Shown: piece by piece, positions 38,032 to 48,112 of the stretch
Numbering within the stretch: the stretch's first letter is position 1
How the letters are laid out: each line of letters starts with the position of its first letter
The notes under the pieces: model-generated
The model's input: only the letters and a program-made list of their open reading frames with translations
Database searches by the model: none
What the model was told of the DNA's origin: nothing
Source of the DNA: Zygnema circumcarinatum SAG 698-1b
Taxonomy: Eukaryota > Plantae > Zygnematophyceae
Reading direction: 5' to 3'
NCBI GenBank assembly: GCA_037447605.1
Contig: CM074818.1
Coordinates: 1,500,617 to 1,564,616 of the forward strand
Length of the DNA stretch: 64,000 nt
Position numbers and translations under genes: made by a program

Positions 38032-39769
38032 ACATAGAAAACAGTGAACAGTGCGCGCTTCAAACAGTAAGACCGTTTCTCATGTCGGGGTTATTTTACC
38101 TTGTAGAGCTGACAGGCATACTTTCATATAGTAGTCACACTGCTTGTGAGTTCAAACTTTGGCAAGAATTCAGGTAATGCACAGGTCGCACATGCCTTCC
38201 CATGTGCTCAAATGACTCGCCATGTGCCGTTATCCCTTGGTCCCAAAAGTAGATTGTAGCCTCCAAAACTGCCTGGTAAGGCCTCCTCTTGCTCACCCTC
38301 ACTCCACTGGAGTTTTAGTGGTTTCATCCGACCATGGAAGCCCTGGGAGGATTTTCGTGAGTTGTGAGGGGCCAGTAGGGGCACAACTGAAAGAGAGGGC
38401 TTCGCCAGCCCTGGTGGGAGAGGGAACCCCTCCTCCATGGGAGGGACGGAGCTTGTATGCATCTTGTAGGTGAAAAGAGCCTCCTTGACAAGGGTAGTGA
38501 GGGAGGGACTTTCTAGGACATCGAAATCGGCTGTACTTGATTTTTTTTTTGCTCAAGGGAGACTTTGATTCTTACTGCCTCGGTCTCCCCCTCTTACCTT
38601 TTTTCTGGGTAGGTTCCTGGTCGACTTTCAATGGATTGGTTTGGCTTGATTTGACTTCCTTCTTCCTTTATGGTCGGGCAATTCTGTTTTGTATCTTTTT
38701 TGGGGTGTGGGGTATGTCGGTATCCTTTGTCTTTAACCCGTACAACTAAACTATGTTCAGAAATTCGGAGTCACAAGTTCGTGTTTGAATGGGGCCCTTA
38801 AGTCTTTGTTTCACCCCAATTTTTTAACTAAAATTTTTCTGCAAGCTGATTTTATTTCTGAATTTAGTGAACGAGCTTGCTGTTTTTGGCCAATGACCAA
38901 TTAGCCTTATTGAGCTTTGCCTCATCATTTCATTTCACGATCTTATTCATCTCTTTATCTCTACATCTCTCATCTCTTTATCTGCTAAGCTACTGCCGCT
39001 AAAGCGCCATTCACAAACGACATTGTCTTCGACGGTGTCCACAACCTCTGCATTGGATTTTCAAATTCCTCTCAATGTCTACTTTGCTGAAGCCTCCCAC
39101 ACTTATAATATCAGGCAAGGAAGGCTTGCTATTCTGCCAAGCGCAAGACTAAAATGAGGTATTTGTGCACCACTAGTCCATCACTGAGACAGTTGAAATG
39201 CACATGAAAACGACATCTGTAAGTTGGCCGAAGTAAGTGGCTTGTAAGTCTTAGTCTTAGCGAATATTTGTAGGTCTTAAAGGTCATCACAACTTCTCAC
39301 TAATTGCGATCTGTGATTGGGTCTCTTTCCTCCCCCCCCCCCCCCCCCCCCCCCCCCCCCNNNNNNNNNNCCCCCCCCCCCCCCTCCCCCTTGCCCTTCT
39401 CTACTTCCCTCCCGCCTCTCATAACGAATGCCATTTAGCGACCTTTCGCTGTGATGGTCGCTGAACGACTTGGGGTCAACGCGAGATCCACTCCTGCCCT
39501 TTCTATCTCTCTCCACCCCACTGCTCTCTCCCTCCCTCTCCTCTCACAGTATTGATCTACCGTGAACCCTTCAAGGAATGGACGGCCTCCATGAAAGCAG
39601 CACTATGAGGTTTCCTGGAGTGCAAATTTTAAATTATTTCTACGGTAGACAGCTTCTTTGGCGCCACCCCCCAACTCTGGCCCACCCTAAAATCCTTGAA
39701 AACCCTAAAAACCCTAAAAAAAGTCCTTGGCCTTGCTTCCAAGGCCACTATAGCCACACCAGGTCTGTA

Positions 39770-40010
39770 GCAACCATTGGTTGGTCGCCATCCAATCACC
39801 ACCACTACCACTACCGATGGTTAGAAATTCACGGCCGCCAATAAACTGCCAACCTTTGCCAAGGCTTGCACCCATCGGCTCGTTGACCCAGCCAAGCAGC
39901 TATTGGCAGTGGTGAAGCCATGAGTTGCCAATGTTTGACAGCCATGTCCGACCATTGAATGGCGGTCCTCGCCAACCATTGCCAATGGTTGCAAGCCACA
40001 ATGGCCCACC
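39770..40010. repeat. Degenerate GCCAACCATTGG/GGTTGG-rich repeat tract
   Basis: Repeated GCCAA(C/T)/CCATTG/TGGTTG words. A similar tract is split by the Copia insertion (53428-53447 and 58590-58735). Confidence 0.5.
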
Positions 40011-40051
40011 AACCCGCACCAAACAATTTGGCCTTTTATAACTGAAAAGGA

Positions 40052-40127
40052 AGTGGCATTGATCACTCGATGGCGAGGCCATCATATGTACACGGACGAA
40101 GTCAGCATGGGGAACCACGAGGAACTG
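40052..40127 (+). repeat. Dispersed ~75-bp motif, copy 3
   Basis: GTGGCATTGATCACTCGATGGCGAGGCCATCATATGTACACGGACGAAGTCAGCATGGGGAACCACGAGGAACTG. Confidence 0.8.
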
Positions 40128-40728
40128 GCAATGGCCTTTTTTGTTTTTCGCGATGATCCATGGGTGTAGTACCAACTAACACGTAGCGTAGAACCTGGTC
40201 TGCCTCCATGCGCTACCCCCGTTAAACAGGAACAATCGCACATGGAATACACGGAGCAGGTCCACATGTGCCCTCCGGGACCGTGGCGGGGACCATTGCC
40301 AACGCAGCGCCGCCCTCTCCCGGGCCCACTTTGCCACGTGGGGTGCGGCGACGGCGTGGGGGCCGAGTTTGCCCTATCCATATCGGATCCTGTGCTGACT
40401 TGGTGGTCCCCACCGCCGCCATGACACGTGTGCCACCTGTACCATACGTGTACGGTGGGTGCCAAATTTGATGCCCACCTGCCCGTGCTGCCCGGTGGCC
40501 AAAAAATGCGCCTGTGCGAGGCGAGAACCGGGCCACGTGTCCCGGACAGCTTATTTTGAAACGTTTGAGACTCGGGCAGCCCTGAGTCATCCGCACGTGC
40601 GGGAGCGGCCGCTCCATGGTCGCGGGAGTCCCCCCCCTTCCCACTAACGCAGGGATCCGTACAGAAGCCGCGGGCCAATCAAATGGTGCCATGTCAGCGA
40701 AGGTATCCGACATGGCACGCTGTGATGG

Positions 40729-41976
40729 GTGGACCCCCCTGAGTTGCAGCGCCTGGAAAGACTTTTAAGGTTGGCAGGAAGAGGAAGCTCAGGGCTGGAA
40801 GGCTTTCCTGGACGGAGGCGTTGCAGGAAGGAGGGGGAGCTGGTTACCATTCAGAGATTTGCAGCCATGGCGGCGGCTTTGAAGACTGCAATGGCGCCGC
40901 GGAGATACTCGGGGCAAGGGCATCGGAAAGCGCCGCTTTATTTTGGTGAGATGGCTAGGTCGGATTGGCTGGCGACTGGCCTGCGCAGTATTCAGGAGCA
41001 AGGGAGGGTCGGCACCGCGAGAGCTCCATACTCCGTGCGCCATATTTACATACATTCGGTGGAGATGAGTTATGATTGCGATCCGTCGGAAAGCCATGGT
41101 TTTGGTTCTGTGTCATTGTCTCCTTCGCCAAGCTCAAGTGCAGTTTCCCTACCCCTCCACACCCTGCAGGAGATTGAGAAGGCTCGAGCACATCGGAGAA
41201 GGCGGCAATCTAAGAGCACGAAGGCATTTTTCAGTGCAGATGAGCTTTTTCGAAGTGTAGGAATACTGCAGGGACAGCAGCACTTGAGGGCAGATGAATG
41301 GCCGCTCCTCGGCTGGTTCACGGGAGGTGATGTTTTGCTGACAACTGGAGCGCTGCTCGAGAGCTCTCTGGAATCTGCCCGGAAGTTATTGATAGAGAGG
41401 GCATTGAAAGGTGACTTGAATCAGAGAGATGATGGCGACGACGTCCATAGACGGAAAGACATCACAGGAGATGAAGCCCTGCCTAACGAGGCATCCTTTC
41501 TGCACACAGAATGGCCGGTGTTCGGACATGGGGAGGTCTCGTCTCTTACCACCTTGCTTGAATGCTCTCCCCTTGTACCTTCCGCCTTTTCGCAGTGGCA
41601 GAACGGGAGCGATCCTTTCGATCAAAATTTTGAAAGCTCTTCTCCGGCAGAGGCGCCCTGCAGACCGTGCCCGCAAGTCTCTCCCTCTGTGGAACCCTCA
41701 AAACGAGATCAAGGGGCAGCTGCTGCTTTCGTCGAGTTGGCTGAAAGTGCTGCACACGACGTTCGCTCTTCAGGAGAGCGCGACTATGCCGCCATTGAAT
41801 CCCTGGAGAGAATATTTGCAAGTGAGCCGAAAATTGGAACTCCTCAATGTGAGTGGCCTCGCAAGGCCAGCAACAAGGAGGCAGAACTAACGGACTCCTC
41901 ACCCATGGCTGCTGGGCCTCGCTGCCCTTGGCCGCGAAGGACAGTGCCTCCTGCACATCGACATCAGAACAGCTGA
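40729..41976 (+). CDS. Intronless ORF of unknown function (415 codons from GTG; 369 from the ATG at 40867), S/E/P-rich
   Basis: 1248 nt with no stop is very unlikely by chance, and it is not a simple repeat. No recognisable domain. It could be one large exon of a bigger gene. Confidence 0.55.
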   Translation: MDPPELQRLERLLRLAGRGSSGLEGFPGRRRCRKEGELVTIQRFAAMAAALKTAMAPRRYSGQGHRKAPLYFGEMARSDWLATGLRSIQEQGRVGTARAPYSVRHIYIHSVEMSYDCDPSESHGFGSVSLSPSPSSSAVSLPLHTLQEIEKARAHRRRRQSKSTKAFFSADELFRSVGILQGQQHLRADEWPLLGWFTGGDVLLTTGALLESSLESARKLLIERALKGDLNQRDDGDDVHRRKDITGDEALPNEASFLHTEWPVFGHGEVSSLTTLLECSPLVPSAFSQWQNGSDPFDQNFESSSPAEAPCRPCPQVSPSVEPSKRDQGAAAAFVELAESAAHDVRSSGERDYAAIESLERIFASEPKIGTPQCEWPRKASNKEAELTDSSPMAAGPRCPWPRRTVPPAHRHQNS

Positions 41977-43661
41977 AGGTTTTTAGCTTGGTATGCATCT
42001 GCACTGAAATGCAATGCCAGATGCAGGAATTTGCGTTACGTCTACTACAGCAATATCCCTTTTTGCAGCACTAAATTCGAGTACTCGAAAGTGTTCTCTT
42101 GAGGTTTCATTCTAGAGAATTTGATATCACAGGGTTGTTATATTATGCCATGATTTTAGTGAGCATGTGTCAAGCTGCAATCTTTCCAAGAGTGGAACTG
42201 CAATCTACTCATCACGAGTTGTGCTCTACCTAGATTAATAGAGACGGGATCACCTAGTAGTAGGTTTGTTGCTTTTAAGTTGAAAGATTTCGAAGGGATT
42301 ACAAGAGAGGGGCTTGCAAACCGAAAGTTTGGAGGAGGCTCTGCGCGAGAGGCTCTCCCATCTCGGTCCTTGTAATCCATACGTGCGTGGTTCAGACACA
42401 GAGAAGCTCATGCTTTAGCGAGGTGATGGGGTGTGTGATTGGGTCATGCATGAGACATAAGTGGAGATGGAGCGAGTTGAGTGGAGCCTGCTGTTTGTGA
42501 CAACTTTTGGGTGATTAGCAATTGGCTGCTTTGGCTCGATTGGGAAAAGGGGACGATGACATTACTTTTTGCAATGTTCCTAACCAAGTGATCACTACTT
42601 AGTTGATGGGCCCTTCACCATTTCGCATTAGTCTCGCTTTAGGTCACTCGGCTCAGCACCACTAACATCACACCCGAAAGCGTCGTCTAAAAAAAACAGA
42701 CCTAGTTTTTTGCATAAAGCGTCTAAAGCGTCGTTTGGGGTCCGTTTTCATGTTCCGACAACTTTGGTCGTGTAGTTACTTTCAAAACTCGCCAACCAAT
42801 CAGGGCTCGCCACGTGTACAGAAAAGATCCAACATGACTCGATTTTCGCCATTCCCTTGTCGGCGACTCTTTTGGGTGCGAACAGCATCGTGCGAAGTGC
42901 CCTTTTGCCGTAAACCGCGCGGGTCAATCGCCGCAACATTCACCCGCTGACGGAACACAGTTCACTCCGGGTCGGGAGCGCCATGAATTTGAATACTTAG
43001 AAACCTCGGTTTTAGCACTACTAAAAACTCGACACGCCCTAATGCCACATCAAGGGCGTTCAGTGCCGAACAGCGTTTCAAAATCTGAGGGGAGGTTATG
43101 CTCTCTTGAAGCAGACCGTAGACCCGCCACTGATTGGAGAGAGCGTGTGGTGACTCGACGACCAGCCACAACCATATCCGCATTGTAAACGTCAGTGACG
43201 TAGAATGGATGCATGATGTACAATCGTACAAGATCAAGGGAGTATCACACATCCTTTCGTTTGTTCTTTCAAAAAAAGACGACGATCATCCTTTTCAACT
43301 CTGCATTTCATATTGCAAACCAGGCTTTGAAACATAAAAGCGCAAGCTTAGCTGCCGTTTCACGTGAGACGGATATTAGAAAATGTCATTATTGGACACA
43401 AACAAACACATAATTTAGGCTGACAGACGAGCGGTTCCATCACTCCGCCCAGAGCCAGCTCTCTACCTCCACCGCTTAATACTCAGATTCCCACCATCAT
43501 AAAGACCTACTGCAATCAACGATCACTACTGTCGGCAAATGATTTAGAGACCCACAGTTCCGAAAAGTTGCACTGCATCCTCCTCGTAATGGCTCAAAAC
43601 GTACTCCATGCCAACAACCCAACCAAACGAACGGGCCAACCAACCAATCTGAGCCATCCAT

Positions 43662-44060
43662 TGTTGAGATCCGTACAATCGTACATAGAGTCATACGGAA
43701 CGTTTGTTCGGATATTGTGTACGGAATTGTACGAGCTGAGTAACACGTGTTGAGTGCTTAGGAAGTAGTGTGAATCCCAAGACCTTTGATCGTATGGTTC
43801 GTGTTGTTCATCATGTTATGCATTTTGGCGGCGAGGTTTTAAGAAGGACAGATATAAGACTCGTGCTTTGTGTGTCTTTGTTAACTTGAGCTTTAAGGAA
43901 AGCATAGGATGCTGAGCTCTTGTTAAGTTTTGGAATAAAGCTTTTGCGGATATATGTTCTACTCCTTGGATGCTTGAGATTGTTGAAAATGTCTAGAAAA
44001 GGGAAGGACCACAAAGATGAGATGGATGATAGTGAGAGGGACAGAGGCTCCAGTTCTACA
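43662..44060 (+). mobile_element. Solo LTR (399 bp), probably of a Copia family
   Basis: TG...CA ends (TGTTGAG...TTCTACA) and a 5-bp TSD TCCAT at 43657-43661 and 44061-44065. The paralogous block has the empty site (GAGCCA-TCCAT-CCAGG at ~48091-48107). Confidence 0.88.
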
Positions 44061-44075
44061 TCCATCCAGGTTGGT

Positions 44076-45847
44076 CTAAGGAGCTCTCGCAGGCGGAGGG
44101 TTCGGGCGGCGTGGAGGCGGCCGTACAGGGGGAGGGCCTAGAGGCGGAGGGCGCCGGGAAGGGGGAGGGCGGCGGGGAGGGGGAGGCGCAGTCGCTGCAC
44201 GATCTCAAAGTAGAGTATCAGAGCACTATTACAGAATAAGTTGGCAATGGCACAGTTCTGGAGGAATAGCAGGTTCAGACCATGCAAAGCTTCCTCCATT
44301 GGTAACCTCAACTATATGATATTGCAACATCGAAAGCAAACAAGAAACGATTGAGCTTGAGATTTTTTGAAAAACGAAATGCTGGTGTAATTGAAGGATG
44401 GTGTGCGCCAGGTTAAAGAGCATCATTTCTAGTATGTATTGTGAGTACATTTCAAGGATGTTTGACCGGATTAGAACTTTTCTAAAACCAACCACTTTTA
44501 AAGTCCGTCCGTCATACCCCCTAATCCAATGAACTGAATCCAATCCAGTCACATGTTCTTGATAGAGTAACTTACCGGGCCACGAGCTCGCAAAGTACCA
44601 CGACAAAATCGATTGCCTGTTGTAGCAGGCTCCTGTCGCGGCAGTGAAGCCAAGGTATGCCGAGTCGACTTTTGCACACGTCCCGCACTTGGAGGGTCGA
44701 AGAATTGTGCACAAGGACTTGGTGTAGGTCAAGAGAGGTGACTCAGGCTTTGAAGGAATATCACTCACAAAGATAGACCAAAGGCTCGTTGGGCTGTTGT
44801 ATTCCACTCAAGCGAATTTCGGAGTGCATGAGTAACCGCTACCGTCGTAACCGCCGAAGGGGTCAGGAGTGGACACAAGTGAACCATAGGCCCATTTAAT
44901 GGTCGTGGCGTTGAAGTCCCTAAGTAAGCCCACGTGTTCCCCCGGAGGATCCTTTAACTCTTCATTTTGGAAAGTGTCAAATTCAATGGCAATTGAGCCC
45001 ACTATCGGGGAAGCCGTGTAGGTAAACGCGAGGGTGGAACCATTGCCTGTTCCAAAGCTGTTCAAATCCGCATTGGAGGCAACGATGGCAAATGTGAAGC
45101 CATCCCCATTACATCCGAAACCTTTCTCTTCGATAACGAACGAAAATTTAGTTTGAAAAGAGGCTGCTTGGCAACCTCCACCCGCTTCTCGCGTCAATGT
45201 GACGGGAGACTGATAAAGTGCCACTCCCGCTCGTCTTTTTCGAGCATCCGTGAGTACCAAGGTTAAATCAACATCAGCAATTTTTGCATTGCCTTGCAAA
45301 ATGAGTGGAGTTCTTGAGTCAAAAATTGAGTAGTCGAAGGCTGCGGGGGTAGTGATAGCTGCATCACAAAGTGCCGGAATATCAAGAGTTGTGAATGTGG
45401 AAAATTCAAAGCGTGCAAATAACGCAAGCATGGACAGCTTGAAACGTATATACACGTTCACAGGCGTAGACAGCAGTGGTAAGTGGAATTTTTTCATCTC
45501 ATGTGAGTTCAAGTATGCCAGAAGGACTGACAACACCACTTCTACGAGCACTCCGAACTCCCATTGCACACTCCTTCCAGCGTTGCGACCTCTATTGCCT
45601 CTATCACTTCACTACGAATAAGGCAGCAGAAATATCCGCACAGCAATCTCTACCACATCTGCTGGCCCAATGCTGTGACCTTGAGACCCTTCTTCTGCAT
45701 TCGCAGGCGTTGCAGCAAGGCAATAAGGCTGCGGCCATGCATTGCTGCACGTGCAAGAGAGGGGGCGAGAGCCGTACGTGCGGAGAGAGCGTCCGCGCCC
45801 GCTAACACAGTAGAGAGGAGGAGCGCGCTCGCGAGGGCCGTAGCCAT
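44076..45847 (-). pseudogene. L-type (legume) lectin with signal peptide and short Pro/Arg tail, copy 1; in-frame TGA
   Basis: Exons 45847-45778 (signal peptide MATALASALLLSTVLAGADALSA), 45358-44576 (lectin: [44 protein letters not shown]) and 44194-44076. Both introns are phase-1 GT-AG. Codon 44810-44808 is TGA where the paralogue has TGG (PKFA*VEY vs PKFAWVEY). Confidence 0.75.
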
Positions 45848-46441
45848 GGCTGCCTCCCCTTCGCCGGCCTTCCTTCCCTCCCTCCCTCCCTGCCGCCGCG
45901 GGGAGAGGGGACGCCGCCACCATTAGGGACAGTTCAAGTCAACGCGGGCGGGCAGGGGCAGCGGAGATCGCGTCGCGCTCAACCGTCCGATCGGCGGCGG
46001 TGCATCGCGCTCGTTCACACCGATATTTTCTCTTTTGTCGTGAAGCGCTGACGCAAACTCCAAGTCCGTACACAAGGAAAGATTCCCTGAGCGATGTAAT
46101 TTGTCGGACTGTCGGACGTAAATATTCGCGTCGTTTATACGATCTGTACAAGCGTAAAAATTAGGGGTAACTCTACTGCACCCCCGCGTTTTGTCTTTCG
46201 CACTCCCTTTTGAAACTTTTGCCTGCCCGTTTCGGTTACCCCCCCAGTTTTGAATATTTCGGGAAAAAATATTTTTCCCGCCCCTCCCGTCCCCTCCGCT
46301 CCCTCCCCTCCCCTGCCCTCTCCTCCCCTTCCCTCCCCTCCCCTGCCCTGTNNNNNNNNNNCCTTTTCTGGACATTCCACCCCCCTCGTTTTCTCCTTTT
46401 CACTATTGACTTCCAACAATGTGCGACAAAGAAAAGGGGAT

Positions 46442-46514
46442 TTGCATTGGGTCTCAAGATGGTGAGGCCATCAAATAAACATGGACAAAGCCAACATGGG
46501 AACCACAAGAAATT
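46442..46514 (+). repeat. Dispersed ~75-bp motif, copy 4
   Basis: GCATTGGGTCTCAAGATGGTGAGGCCATCAAATAAACATGGACAAAGCCAACATGGGAACCACAAGAAATTG. Confidence 0.75.
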
Positions 46515-46844
46515 GATCGCTAATGAACCAAGCACAAAATAAAAAAACTAGAAGCAAGATACTAAACTAAACTAAGCTTAAGCGCAAAAAACGCAGCCTT
46601 AAACGCAGCTGCAAAGGTCACCAATGTTGGGCAACTGTTACTTTCTATTTTTAGGTTAGGATCATAGACCCCCTAATTAAGGCAAGATCTTAAGTTGTAG
46701 CCTGCTTGCTTGCAATTGGAACATTTTTTCGACTTGTACGAGCTCATCGCGGGTCTCATACTCAGTTGGTAGCATTTTTATGGACATTGCAAACCGAGAA
46801 GAGGAGAGACGAGGAGGGAAGGGCAAGGGTGGGCNNNNNNNNNN

Positions 46845-47137
46845 CTGTCCAATGGAAGACTGCCACGTGGCAACCTCTACCCCCAAACGGGTCAGGTGAG
46901 GACAACGTTTCCGTAGGCTCGCCGCATCTCGCGGGCTGCGCCGCGATGCGCGGCGCCGTACGTCGGTGCACGGTCGGATCCTGCGCGCCTCGGGATCGGC
47001 GCGGGGTCCGATTGTCTACAAGATCTCTCCTCCCGAAAGATCCAAGGGGGGGGGCGTGATTAACCAAAATGAAAGTACAGTTTTTACTCGAAAGGGGGCG
47101 CAAATATCCAAAAAGTGGGGCGCCTGTATCATTTTCC
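46845..47137 (+). mobile_element. Third, unpaired copy of the Mutator-like long TIR, truncated by an N gap
   Basis: Closely similar to 52431-52715; ends in CTGTATCATTTTCC; left side abuts the N gap at 46835-46844. Confidence 0.75.
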
Positions 47138-48112
47138 CGAATTTATTGGTGACGCAAATGTTGAGGTGGAAAATATGATGGGGTCCTACTGTACAGTATT
47201 TGTCGACAATGTGTACGGTCGTAATATATTTCTAACGCATATTCCGATACGTGGGTGGATAATATCGACATTTTGAATATATAGTAACAATTAGGGCTTT
47301 TCAAACGTCGTTATATCCGTAATGGCGTCACTATTGGCGCAGGATCTGCAGTGGTGCAATACCGTTCCCCGGAAAAACGTCAGTATATCCATGCTGTTAT
47401 TATAAACAATGTCACTATAATCCGAGTAGCCTGTAATAAAATCTCGACAAGCCCTAATGCTATATCAAAGGCGTTCAGTGCGGATCAGCGTTTCCAAAAC
47501 TTAGGGGAGGTTACGCTCTCAGAAAGATGACCGTAGGCCCTCCACTAATTGGAGAGAGCGTGTGGTGACTCGACGACCAGCCACAACCGGAACCACATTG
47601 TTCAGGTCAGTGGCATAGAATGGATGCATACTGTACAGTGTGTACAAGTTCAAGAGAGTATTACACATCCTTTCATTTATTTTGTCAAAAAAAGTTGAGG
47701 ATCATCCTTTTCAACTACGCATTTCATGTTGCAGAACAGGTTCTGAAACATCAAAGCGCAAGCTAAGCTGCCGTTTCACGTGAGGCGGATGTTAGAAAAC
47801 GTCATTATTGAACACAACCCCACCATGCAAACACATAATTTAGGCTGAAACACGAGTGTTTTAGTCACTCCGCCCAGAGCCAGCTCTCTACCTCCAACGC
47901 TAAATACTCAGTTTCCCACATTCATAAAGACCTACTGCAATCAACGATCACTACTGTCGTCATATGATTTAGAAACCCACGGCTCACAAAAGTTGCACTG
48001 AATCCTCGTAATTGCCAAAACGTACTCCCAAGGCAACCAACCAACCAACGAGCCAACCAACCAACCAAGCAAAGGGCCAACCAACCAATCTGAGCCATCC
48101 ATCCAGGTTGGT

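Larger units (their letters stand above)
43024..46150. repeat. Tandem segmental duplication, block A (paralogous to 47438-51331)
   Basis: Collinear similarity in the downstream non-coding DNA (e.g. GGAGAGAGCGTGTGGTGACTCGACGACCAGCCACAACC at ~43137 and ~47551), last exon, intron, lectin exon, signal-peptide exon and promoter. Confidence 0.9.

Noticed and set aside
42156-42380. Minus-strand ORF starting MDYKD (FLAG-like)
   Set aside because: It is coincidental and not DYKDDDDK; no vector sequence and no downstream exon were found.
43016-43030. CACTACTAAAAA as a CACTA terminus
   Set aside because: No matching inverted end or 3-bp TSD was found.
47292-47456. 165-bp TAGGGCTT-ended putative hAT MITE
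   Set aside because: The TIR is imperfect and the flanks (GTAACAAT / ATGCTATA) are not a TSD. It is kept only as a breakpoint clue.
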